Shown piece by piece: positions 26,201-42,363 of a DNA stretch of 64,000 nt. The position numbers were made by a program, and so were the translations under genes. Positions within the stretch are counted from its first letter, which is position 1. Every line of letters begins with the position of its first letter. The notes under the pieces are model-generated. The model searched no databases and was not told the origin of the DNA. It saw nothing but the letters and a program-made list of their open reading frames with translations. The DNA lies in assembly GCA_973851085.1 (NCBI GenBank), contig OZ316775.1, forward strand, positions 20,522,001 to 20,586,000. The letters are read 5' to 3'. The stretch comes from Ptychomitrium polyphyllum. Its lineage: Eukaryota.

Positions 26201-27911
26201 TTTACTGAAAGGAACTGTCTTGAGTAGCGAATCCTTGGGTTACCTTCTTCTTGGATCCCCTTGGAGTTAGAGTATAATTGATAGTGTTTCATTAGTAATA
26301 TGTTATTGTTATGCATGTTGACATGAACAGTTGTTAAGGGGAGGAGTGTGTTCTGCTCAAGCTGCTTATTTCCTTATCTACTAATTTCTCCTTTGCTTGA
26401 CATCTTGTCTCCCTGATTTTGATGCCATCCTTGTGAATCATGAGGTTTCGAAAGAAGATTTGTAGTTGATTCTTTTTGTACGCAGGAGACCTGTATCAGT
26501 GGGTGCAGCTGGGGAGAAATCTGAGGAAGGAGCTGCCGAAGCAATGTCTTCGGTTAGTGATACCCATCTTATGAGTTCTGCGATTGTATGCTTTCAATAT
26601 TCATGGTATAGTTTACGTGTTGCGGACCTTCTACTTGACTATATAACTGGCATACAAATCTGATATGACATTCTGTTCAAATGTCCCCATATAGGATGAT
26701 GAGACTGAGATGGAACATGATGCGGGAAAATTTATCGAGGATACAAAAGATGCCGCTGAGGAGGTAATGTCATGCTCAGCACGGCTGTGATCAAGTAAAT
26801 TTTGTTCCTTGTTACACCTTTCTTTTGTGAGTTTTAGTACACATAGCAATACCATTTCTCTTGTCGGGTGTTCATAATACCCAAATTAGAAATTGTGGGT
26901 ATGAATTTTTAAAGGCTGTAACATCCTGCATGAGCACCTTATTATGAGCTATTGTTGATATAATTCAGAAATGCTGAGGTTTTTTAAAGCACTGGTGTTC
27001 TTTGCTGGAGGCATTACAAAACGGCCACATTGATGAGCTAATCCTGAATGTACTTTTATGCTGATCTAAAAGTCCATATACGTTATGATTTGATGTTTGT
27101 TCTGTTCTATGAACAGCAAACGGAAATGGACGTGGATGAATCAGTTAAGGCTGAACTCAAGGATGATGCACCTATCAAGATGGATGTAGGTGAAACATCT
27201 CATGCAGCGCAGGCAGACACTACTGTTCCCCCAGCACCTACAGCACTTATTACACCACCAACGCGCACTCGCAATGGTGGAAGAGAGATCAGCCTCTCAA
27301 CAACTCCAGCACCCGTGTTGCATTCTGCCGTTTCAAGCACAAGCACCGCCTCAAAACCAGCTCCATCGCTTACTAGTAGAACAACGGATCGACCAACTGT
27401 CGCGCCAAACTCCAATCTTGCAGCACCAAACTCCAATCATACTAGTTCTTCCGTTGGAGGTGGCACTTCCAACAGTACAAGCTCCGTGCAAAGGTCATAC
27501 ATACCTCCACCACCAGGCTCCGTATCAAATCCACCATGGCGACAGTCTCAACCTGTGAACCATTTAAAAAGCAGTAGTCAGCCAAATGCTTCCCACAGCC
27601 AACCGCTAACTGGTGTATCATCGAATAACAAGATAGGCCCTCCTGCGATTGTGAGTGCAGGCGCATCTGTCTCGGGTTCTGGCTCTGGAATTTTGCCTCG
27701 TCCTATTGCAAACCTAACTCTACCTCCTAGTAGAGTTGCACCCACAGGCCCTGCATCGTGTAATTCTGCGAGACCTGCAGGACCAGCGAACCGCCCCTCT
27801 TCAGCCAGTAGTCCAGTAGTTAATTTAGGGGAGCCTGCAGCAGCTGGTCTAGGTCACATTGATATCGCAAACCATAAAGTCGTCTTACAAGGGGTGCCTC
27901 AGCCTCCCTAA
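23261..27911 (+). CDS. HDA19: class I RPD3-type histone deacetylase (HDA19-like), 8 exons, ~753 aa
   Basis: Exons 23261-23785, 24633-25073, 25476-25618, 25762-25852, 25985-26115, 26486-26552, 26695-26763, 27117-27911. Motifs [74 protein letters not shown]19 versus HDA6 orthology is judged only from the N-terminal sequence. Confidence 0.95.
24341..24429. repeat. 89-bp foldback with perfect 17-bp terminal inverted repeat (MITE-like) in HDAC intron 1
   Basis: GGTCCGAGTGTAGTATC (24341-24357) and GATACTACACTCGGACC (24413-24429); inner pair TCGCGATAG/CTATCGCGA. No clear TSD. Confidence 0.7.
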
Positions 27912-30900
27912 AATTTTATAATCTCACATTTTTGTTGCTGCCTCTGCGGTGTTGTGATATAAATTTTAGGGACTTCCTCTTCTGTAAATCGTGTTGCCTT
28001 TCGTCGTGTTTCCTTTCCTCATCCCTTCAATTTATCACGAATTCCACCAGTCTACTCGTTCCTCAAGTTTTCGTGTCAATGAGGTGATTATGGTTTACTC
28101 ATGTTCCTGCCTAAAATCTGGCATAATCTCACCGAGCAGAAACTTTAGGGTATTGGGTTCATACGGTCTGTATGAAGCTGGATGTTGATGCAAATAACGC
28201 TCTTTAAACATTCGACACTGGCTGAGAATTTTTCTGGGGTTATCCAGGTAGTCGCCTTTCAGATTATGACGAAACTACACTAAAGGTAAGCCTGGCCATT
28301 GACCACTGTAGACCTCATTTTGGTTTCAGCTGGATGAATCATACCGAATCCGTGAATATCGTCGTTGCAGTAAGATACTAGCAAGTGTTTCTGGTGCATG
28401 TCTTGGAATTCTTCACTAAAGATTATGCTTTTCTATGCTCTGTCGAGAATGAATAATGACATAACTTTGTATCTTGAAGCGACATATCTCTCAGTAACTT
28501 CACGGTGAAGTTGCTGGATCTTTCTAGGAATACGGAGCTGCTATGTTTGTGAGTCTCACTTTCCTCAAGTTCGTACAATGTACCTGCAACATTGAGTCAG
28601 AAAATGGAGCTGCTTCAGTACCCTATCAACCTGCCCAATTTCTGTGATGTTGTTTAGAGACTAGATGCTAGCTCCAAATTGTTTGCAAACAAATGATGAA
28701 TTTTAGAAGTGGAACACTACTTTGGCAAGGCTGGGCTAGTTGGCCAGGTCTGACGTACTCAAACGCAGTGCCAGGTTCTTGGACAGTAGAGATGTAAGTA
28801 GAGCTGGATGCATGGGAGCACCTTCAACAACACGAGTTGCCAAACATAGAGTTGGAACTAGAATGGTTATACGAACTTCATTTGGAAACAGCAGTAAAAG
28901 CAAGCGTCTTGGTACCAACACTGTCACTATTGACGTCGATCTCAATTTAAGAATGTAGACACAATAACAGGTGCTGGAGTTCAACAATCAAAACCAATGC
29001 TGCAGTTCTCTCAGAAATAACATCCACAGCACTGGAACTTTGAGAAGTCCAGTTACAGTATAAGACATGCGCTCACTAGGTTCATCAGATGGAACTAAAG
29101 CTACTGTTTGACTGCAAGGCCTCAATTGCATGGAGAACAGTTGATTTGATACATTGTTCAGAGATCATACTTTGATCTCATTCCTCACAAACACTAGAAC
29201 CTGAATTCTTTGAGCGTGTCAATGACAGTGCGGAATAGAAACAAGAAAACAGCCACTGTTGTTCAGCTTCACAACTATAAACGTAGAACAGCCCACGACC
29301 CTGCAAATCTTTCGAAGTAGATCTCGCACATTTTTGCAGTCTCGCACATCTAAAGTGCACCAAGACTGAAAATTAAGCATTTGCAAAAATAAGTCCATGG
29401 CAATTATTTGATTTGTTGTTTCCAAAAGTTAAGGCAATGCTAATATAGTACATATCCTTGAATTGAAAATATTGTATTAAAGTCATTATATACTTTGGGT
29501 TGAATCAATGTTTTAATTTCAATTAATTTAGTCTTAGGAGATAAAAAAATGATGAAAAAGGATCCAAATAAATGTTTCCTTTAGATTTAATTTTTTAATA
29601 TATGAGAAAATGTCACAATTATTATATTGAATTTTTAAGCACCATGCCATTGTTGAGCACGTTTGGTTGCTAAGTTAATTGTGAATTTGAAAAGGTAGTC
29701 CATCCATTGTTTATCCATTATTTAAGTATATTGTGAAGAATTAAATCAAAAGATCAATCAACTTTTCAATAAAGAACTAACTGATTTTTAACCAAATTAA
29801 ATTTATTAACATGACTACATCTTCATTCCTATAAAAGATGTGCATGACTTATAAATCTTTTTGTTTCCCTTGCTATTTATAACCCTATAAGCAACATTCT
29901 TTAGAAGTTCAAATAACTCCTCAAGCTCTTACTATGTGTAAATTCAATAATAAGTTCTAAAAACTACATATAATAGTAATTCCATGTGGAAGTGAAGGTG
30001 TAATGATGGCTTTGCAACATGCACTTCATCTTTAATGAAAGAAAGCTTTCACAAAAGTATCGTACCTTTCAAAAGATGGTGTTCATGTAACCGACGGAGC
30101 CATGACATGGGGACCGAAGCCTGCGTCGCCCGGGGGCACTGAATTCGTGTTGAAAGGTTTTCTCTCCACGGACCTCGGCTTCAAAGTTTCAACCCGACAG
30201 GCGTCGCACTGCGGACCTCGCAGCACCCACGAATTCAGGCGCTACCGGTGATGAACTCTGGACTTCATCCACAGCGAGACAGCTGCTTTCATCTTCCACG
30301 AGCATGACAGCAGAGCCAATCCGATGTGTCCAGATCTCTGCTGCTGCCCTGACGACGTGGCACGGTAGGAGGGGCGGGCGGTGATGAGTCATGGCATCTT
30401 CATCCATGAGGGGCCACTTTTCGCTGGGTCGCTGTGAGTCCAAGCCTTGATCGGTTCCTGGCCACTCACAGCGCTGCATCCTGCCCCTATCTCCGCCCCC
30501 TCTCACTGATGTACCTCTCTCCCTAGAATTTCGAACCACCGGTAGGAAACAGGAGACTATATCCAAATTCCTTGAATCGTGTTTTACTCATTCAAATTTG
30601 ATGTGATTGTTCCAAATAAAACTCAGAAAAATAATTAAATTAATAATATGACGGCAATTCGATACGATTGCATGCACGACTGTGATGTAATGAACCTTGG
30701 TCCACTTGACGGAGGATATAAGAAATTAAACTTTTAACATTTGATGTAATGAAGTCTTTACTTTAAATGGTTTTCATAAATTGTTGTAGAGAAATTTTAA
30801 TTAATGTTCCAAGTAAAAAACATTTGGAATAGAAACTGAATATCATGATATGAAGCCAAATTGTAAGAACGGTTTGCTAAATACTACTCGATTCTATAGT

Positions 30901-32060
30901 GTCATTACAATGTTTTCATTAAAAAATAGGTTTAATTTTTTTCTAATGATGTAATGATTTTTGTATTATATTTTGAAACAAAGGAAATATTAGATACCAT
31001 TAATCTATCTTATGGATAATTGGAATTTAGATTTTGTTGTGGCATCAAATTCAAATAAATGTTTAGGTTTGAAATGTAAAATTATCAAGCTTTTCATTTG
31101 ATAAAATAATTTACTGATCTTTCCAAAATGATTTTGAGGTAGCACTATTCATGATGTTTCCCACTCTATCTTGATTGATCTCTACAAGATGTGTACTGTA
31201 TGTGTCTGTTGCGCCTCTGCTATCCTCTTCATGGTTCTTGACCCCGTCTCCCACTACCGTGAGCATTCAATCCAGATATGCAGCTTGCTCCTTCTGCTGC
31301 ATAGAGACCTCCCATTCCCTTGCACTTGGAGACCTCCGGCGCTCTTGCCACTCCACGGTGCGTCCAAAATATGCAAAGAAATGAAATATCTATTTGATAA
31401 TTGTCACATAGTTTCGATCAGATTCTACACGACGCCCGTCCCGGGCCCATGCACATTTTTAGAACATACCGTATATACTGCATGGCAAGTTTCCCAGATC
31501 CCCTCCCAAGGCCCTTTCTAGCCTTTCCACTTCTGGCAGTGAGGGTCTACGGTACTTAAAACCGTCATCTCTCGCAAAACCGAGTCCTTGTACGAGAGGA
31601 ATAGACTTCAATTTAAAAAATCTAAGATTAGAACGGTGAATGTTGCAGATATGCACATTTCCGATCCGTCACCGTATCGAGAATCGACATTCTCTTCGCT
31701 TCATGTAGAAACTATGGAGTAAAATATAGACGAGTGGTAGAGGATGTCAAATTTGGGACCTATAGGAAAAGAAAAAGATGAAACGACTGAGAAAGAGGAA
31801 AGACTGGCCTCCTTGAAAATGACCACTCTTGGATTTGCGACGCATTTCCTCTTTGTCGAAATTTGACGACGAACGATGGCGGATATGGCGCCATAGCTGG
31901 TAAAATAGAACTTTAGTATCTTGTTGTTTATTTCTGCTCCATCTGCATGCGTTGTTGGACTTAGTGGAGCAACCTCCGGTGGTCGTGCCACTCCACGGTG
32001 CGTCTTCCCAGACAACGACTCCACCTATTTTTTGCTTTCTTCCTGTCAAGCACGGGAAGC

Positions 32061-32370
32061 CTAGCGGCTGCTGGCGAGCTTCGTTTCTCAACTTCTGGTA
32101 AAGCGAAGAGGTCGCAATTCTTCTCTTCTTGCTTTTGCTAGGGGCTTGTTGAGAACCAGTGGTTTGCGATCTTTGTTGAGGAGCTTGGAGTGGAGAATTG
32201 GTGAGAGGAGAAGACGGGAGCGTAGGTGCTGCTGGCAAGCTTTGTGACTTCCTTATTGGTGAAGCGGAGAGCGAGCAATTGTTGTTTTTTTGCTGCGATC
32301 TGGTTGTGGACGGGAGGTTGGGGATCTTTGGTGAGGAGCTTGGAGAGGTGATTTGGTGAGAGGAGGCGGA
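32061..32370 (+). repeat. ~161-bp diverged tandem duplication in the CCT 5' leader
   Basis: Blocks GCTGCTGGC(G/A)AGCTT, TGGT(A/G)AAGCG.AGAG...GCAATT and GATCTTTG(T/G)TGAGGAGCTTGGAG each recur about 155-161 bp apart. Confidence 0.75.
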
Positions 32371-32445
32371 TTGGGGGTTTGAGGCAGGGGAAGGAGGGGA
32401 CAGAAGAGTTGTACAATAGATTCGTTCGAGGACGAGAGTGTGCGG

Positions 32446-36073
<3,628 letters not shown>

Positions 36074-39000
36074 GAGATATCTTTGCGGCTAATTTAGTTT
36101 GTATTCTTAAAACCTTCAGACTTTCGAAGGGATCTTCGTATTGTTCATAATCTTCTAGTTTGCAACTATTTCATGAGATGTAGGAAATGGCCTTTCGTGT
36201 GTCGACATAAGTAAATTTTGTTCTTACTATGTAGGTTAGGTACTTACTCACTAGAGATATACGAGAAGTCTTTGTACAAGTGTTTAAACGTTTATTTTAC
36301 GACGTTTGTCTCACGGAGTGTTATTGTACTAGTCGTGTCTTCGATATGTCTTCGACACTCTGAATTCCGTATTAAAGTTGTTCTTGTAAGTTGTTCAGCA
36401 AGTTATTTTTTCATCTGTACCTTCTCGATGTTGTGATTTGGGAATTAGCTCATTACAAGTATGATGAGTTTCCACATGATTGAAGATTTTGTGTAAATTT
36501 CTGCGTAACGAGTTAATAATCTGCACATACAGAATTTCCCACGGAGTTTGCTATTGCCTGGGTTTTTTAGGTGAGTTACTGAAGAATATATTTAGTTTGA
36601 TGCTTTGTTTGAATAGTAGGAAACTTATGAAGAGTTTCTATTTAAGTGTACTCCACATCCTTTGAAGCTGTGCCTTAGATAATGCTCATGCCTTGTTTTT
36701 AGACACATTGCTATTGAACTGGAATGCATGTTTTGGCGAGTAAGCTATGTAGCGTATCCTGGGAGTTCGTCAATATGTAAAAGCACAGCTTTGATGGATT
36801 GGTTTCTCTTCCTTCCTTTGCCACGACTAGCTGGAGGTTGAGTAGTCTTTATCAATGTCCATAAGCAGGACAGAAGATTGTGTCAGAGCAAACACAGTGA
36901 GACTTTCGGGGAACTTGCTACCAATTTACGACACTGAAGATACATAAACATCTTTGCCTGCCAATCGCATTTCAGCCCAATCTCGTCTTTGCGACCATCC
37001 GACTCCGATCCCGAACTCTGCTAGAAAGTAGGGCCATCGCAAAACACACGAGGGTTTACTTTGCTTCCTAGACTTGCTGGCTTCCCCATCCACTTCTGGC
37101 TACAATTCCTGTTTGCTCATGGATCTCTCAATTGTAGTGTGGCATAAAAAAACATTTCATTGAGGGTTTATACAAGCTGATGGAATGCTTGACGGTTGAG
37201 TGAGCGCAATATGACGTCATCATCATGGACACTTGGATGCCTTTTATCTACAACAGGATTCTCCTCGTTCTACGTGAAGTGTGCATAACGTAAGAATGAC
37301 CTACATGTTCAACGAGTTACTAGATACTAGAATGTTCCTGGTCAGCTCATTAGTAGGTGAGAAAATGCCTCGAGAGAGTTTGTCTTATTTTTGGCCTCCC
37401 AAATGCAAGACATATAATCTTACATTTTTGCCCAAGCTAAAGAGGACATTTTGGAGTCTAATTAGTCCTTGGTTTTTTTATTGTTTTTTACCTTAAATAT
37501 ATAGACAATTGGACCTGACATATTACAAAACTAAAAGTCTTTGTAGGTTTTGTGTTTGATTTTTGTAATTTATTGCACTAAAGACTCAAAGAATGGAAAG
37601 CCGTAAAGCATAAATGCAAAATAAAATGTTGCAAACAACCAGTATTGTCTCTTGATGTTTTCACATTTATTGATTTGAGTTTTTAATCTTAATTGCCTTA
37701 ACATGAAGAATATTGATGTAAATAAGAATACAAGTATTAAAATGAAAATATATAAAACGTAAGTCCAAGTAAGCAATAAGTAATATTTAAATGCTAAAAA
37801 ACATCATTTAAATTATATCTTAAATGACCAAAGTAAATATTAAACACATTTAAATTTCTTTTTTTTCCAAATAACCACACTTCACCAACATTTGTTTTTA
37901 ATGTTGAATCCATATAGATCTAGAATCTATTAATTTAAGAATTGACTTCAACTTTAAATTGATTAATAACTAATGAAGGATAAAATTACAAAGATCATGC
38001 TAGAAAGTAAGTAGAAAATGATGTGAATTTGATTTAAATTGGATGCTATGTATCATTTACAAGTACGTGTATTCTAGGAACAATATAATTAACTTCAAAA
38101 TATTTTGAAAAATATATATATAATATGCTATAGTTAATATATTAATTTATGAAATAATTCCATTATTCCATAATTCTTATTCAATTATTATGTCAACTTA
38201 ACTAATCACTTCAAATTGAATTACTTTGACCTCCCTGAGACCTCAAAATATTAAACAATATGATATATAGGTGGTTTAATAATCCAATTCAATATGCTGA
38301 CGTACAAAAGTATGGTTTTAATTATTGAATAATGGATATTGGCAATGCTTCATAAACTCATCAAATTTTAAAAGGCTGTTCAATTTTATTACAGCACATT
38401 AAATTTTTTTTTTAACAATGTCTTCTGCGGTTGTTTATGGAATATTGGATACATTGGATGGAAGACGAATAAGGATAAATCTCAAAACATTGAAGAAGTG
38501 AAAAAATAATAGATGCATGATCAAACAGTTCTAAATTTCATCTGATGCAATATTTATACTATTTTGGTCATTTTGGTTATAAGTATTGAATTTTTTTATT
38601 ATACAGTGAATTTCTAATTTCCATTTTTTTGCCAAAACTTAATTTATACCATGAAAATCACTGCTGAAAAAGATATTAATTAAATCCAAACTTTTTAATG
38701 AAATCTGGACTTCCAAATTCATAATAAAAGCTTTCGTATTAATGTAAATTTTTTGAATAATTTTAAGCTTGAATATCTTGATTTAATTTTAAACTAAATA
38801 CTCATAAACATAAGATAAATTTTTTATAACTCTTTGATACTTTATGATCTGTTTTAAGAAAAACTGCAGTTTACGATGGTTTTAAAATTGGATGATTTTC
38901 ATCCATCATGGTATTTTACGAATCATCTTGCAGTAGGAAAATTAATTTTTATAAAGTGTTTTCCAAAAAGGAAGAATTCATTTTAAACATTTCATTAAGA

Positions 39001-42000
39001 ATGTAGGATTTAGGGTTTCAACTTACAGTGGGCACATGCTTTTATCTACAAAATAGGCATTGCATACAAGATGCACTTCCATCCTCAAAGTTAAAAAATT
39101 CTGAACAAGGCATAATTTGCATGAATGGAAAGCCCTCCTTGCCACTTCAGAAAGAGAACTATGAGTGAAGTGGCAAGTTGTGTGAGCAAATCCTAGCATT
39201 TCTAGTACTATCATATCCTTGAAGCTTTTCTCCACTGTCAGATGAGGGGAAAATCTTCAAGAAGGAGTTGCTCACAACTTGCTACGTCATTCACTTTAAT
39301 TTTTCCACCAAAAAAAAGAAAGAATTTATTTTCCATTCATGCAATCCATGTTTCACTCTTACTTTTGACCTTGGTTCAGGTCCCTTAGGATGGAGTGCTA
39401 CTCCTGTGACACTATTGTATGAAAACCTCTAATGCACAAAGTAGGATTTTTTTTATCTAAAGTTATCAACTTACAATGATTAAGTTGGCAACTGAGTGCA
39501 GAATGCCGAGCTGGATTCCGCGGTAATAGGTCCCAGCATCCCATGCTATGGGAATAATGAAGGACTGCGCACTGATCAAACCTCTTTATGATCCACTTTC
39601 TAGCGGGTAGGAAGCTCCCGGGTCAAGTGTCAGGAAGAGCATCAGAAATAGCACCAGAGGACAGGGACAATGACAAAAGTGGTGGGCAATTATTTTTCAG
39701 AATCTGTTAAGGTCTTGTATTAGCGAAAGCACAGGACATGTTCCTTCGAACTTGGAACAGCTCGCGGTTTGCCTTCGTGCTCAGACACTGTCACGGTGGT
39801 GCATGTCACGGAGGAATGTTAGCGCTGCTTTTCCCTCCTCAAAGTGGCCATGTCACGGTGACCGCTTGAATCTGTGATTTGTCGAATTTTGTGATCTTGG
39901 CGACTTGTCAAGGCTGTTGGTTTGCGGAGCGAGCAGGCGGATCGACGTCCGGGTCAACCTCGTACAGTTCAGGAGCAGTTACGAGAATTGTTCTGAAGGC
40001 TCGGTCTACTGAGAAGTCTTGGAGGTCCACCTCAACAGATACTGTAGAGTCCGGGAAGGTGTCTGCTATCAGGGGCCTGCTTGCCAAAGTTGAAACGTGA
40101 AACGAGCAATGAGGACCTAGTTCTGCAAAACTTCGTATTCTGACATCATGCTGTACGATCTTGGTACAGTACTTTCATGGCCCAATTCAGCTTCTGTATG
40201 GGATCAGTATATGCAGCTTATTGCTAGTATTTGATTTATGTTCTGATCTCTTTAGAGTTTGTTATTATTTGATTGATCCAGCTCGGGGAGAAGAGCATCT
40301 GTTGGGTTCCTAAGGACTGGTAGGGCCAACGAGGGCCCTAGTACAGTGTTTTCTTGCTAGGTTTATATATTGGAGACTCGAGAAGCTCCTTCCTTGCAGT
40401 TTTGTGGTTTATAAGAATGGGACTTGGCAGATGGTGCTCTCAACTTGAGCCGAATTTAGGAGCACAAGAAGTGGCCGGTGGCACACGAAGCATTTCATCC
40501 ATTTTGTCTCGACCATGCCCTGGAACTTAGTCCGTATCGGACGTGAGTGCCTTAGGTGAAGGTTCTTCTCCTCACACACGGTAAAGAGAAATTGTGAGCC
40601 AAGCTTATCGTTTCCTTCTTCTGGAAGCCTTTTTCTTTTTCTTTGGAATCTTTTCCCCTCTCACTTCTGGTGATGATGTAGCTTTGCCACCGCTGTGACC
40701 AATACTTTTGAGAGTACAAAGTCGAGAGATTAGTATTCCTCGAGATGACAAGAAGAAAAAGAGGAGGAAGAGACGAAGAGACGTGATGGTAGTCTGAAAA
40801 GACAACAACGCCCGGATCGCATCTGGAATCTAGCTTGTCATGGCTTATCAACTTGTCCTATGTCTTGCCGCGAATACTCTGGCCCTAATTGCTGCTCAAT
40901 ATCTCCGTCCACACATGCATTAGCGCCACTGTATCAGATTTAGGGGGATCCTCTGGTGCCATTCGGACTGCGGTCAAGGCTGGGCCATCGAATGATTTCC
41001 TAGACGAACTAGCGCCAGCAAAGTCGAAACTACAGTACCAAGCTGGTGATGTTTAGTTACCTGCTGCCTTACGCATCTCAACATCGCGGGACTCTCAATT
41101 TTTTTACATACTTTTTGGCTGCAAATGACTCGTCGATGGAGTAAAAGTCTTGCCTCTAGGTCGTGATTCGGACTTGGATTCTATCGTCTCACGGAAAGCT
41201 AAAATCAACTTCACGGCGAGCATCTGGAACCACCGGGATCAAGGAACGAGGTGGGTGCTACCATTATTCTACAGTTTCTACCCAGGAATTGCCGCTGTGC
41301 TTACTGCCACCTTCACAGCTGTAAGCGCGAAACTGGCGCAACGTCTCTAGCACCTTCTTCGTTACTTAGGCACAGCTAGTCTTTTGTGAGTCATCCTCTA
41401 GTCTCTTCTTCTACAGATAAATTACAAGGAAATACCCCTTGAATTGTGGGAAGCATGCAGGTATATAGGTGCGATGCATGTGGAGCTAATAACCTCAGGG
41501 AGCTTGATGATTAATCTCAACCCGTTTGTTTCAAGAAGTTCTTGTTCTCTACATAAGCCAGGCCGTTACATAAATACCATTTTCTTCTCTCTGCGTCACA
41601 GGCTCACAGCTTGTGTGATATGCTTAGTTACAGATAGCCTTTGGAGATAACAAGCAAATTGACTTCTTCATAGTTTCTTGCAGGCAAGGCGGATGCCGAA
41701 GCCGAAGCCGAAGCCGTTGTTAATCTTCGCCTTCCTTGCAGATTGCACCTACGAATCTGAGGAATAGATATAAGTTTATTGATTATGGGCACGGAAGGTG
41801 AGAGGATAACCATCTAGAATTAGCTGCATAGGGATCATGATGCTATCTCTTCAACCTTGCTTATATCGTTATCGTTCATCACATTGACAGTGCATATCCA
41901 TAGCCAAGATCAGTAAAATCACCATCGCTGCTGCTTTCCTGGTTCATACCTTTTAGCCATGCTTTCAACCAATTCTCTATCAGGTTTTCTGTTCCTCATA

Positions 42001-42275
42001 CAGTGTCTGGATGTAATGGAAGCTCGATGCATTTGGGGTTGCAACTTCCTTCGTTATACCGCTCCATAACTTTACTTTTATTGTTTGTTAGGGATACTTA
42101 TTGAGTGGTATGTCAGGTCTCAGGGAAGAATTTCACTAGATTTGGGTATCAGTAACTTTGCACTGAATGTTCTGGAGGATGTTTGGGAGGCGATTCAAGG
42201 GGAATATGGATGGTGTGGGAGATATGAGAGGCGAGGATGCAGCCAGAGGAGATGAAAATGGAGATGAAGAGTAAC

Positions 42276-42363
42276 TGATGGGATGTCGAGCATGCCCAAC
42301 ACGACCGGTCAATATTAAGGGTATATTGACGGGTCGTGATGGGCACTCTCAATGTTCCCTTCA
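42276..42363 (+). ncRNA. candidate pre-miRNA hairpin
   Basis: Arms 42288-42315 and 42323-42350 pair over 28 positions with 4 mismatches around a 7-nt loop, and the lower stem extends to 42276/42363. The 21-mers 42327-42347 (UGACGGGUCGUGAUGGGCACU) and 42293-42313 (UGCCCAACACGACCGGUCAAU) form a duplex with 2-nt 3' overhangs. Strand is inferred. Confidence 0.75.

Noticed and set aside
28490..28960. LSNFTVKLLDLSRNT fragment suggesting another LRR relic
   Set aside because: Only one repeat-like unit; the flanks could not be extended convincingly.
37450..39400. Very AT-rich tract (similar tracts near 4.3-5.2, 22.1-22.6, 29.4-31.1 and 62.6-63.1 kb)
   Set aside because: Ordinary intergenic spacer or unrecognisable TE decay; no definable boundaries.
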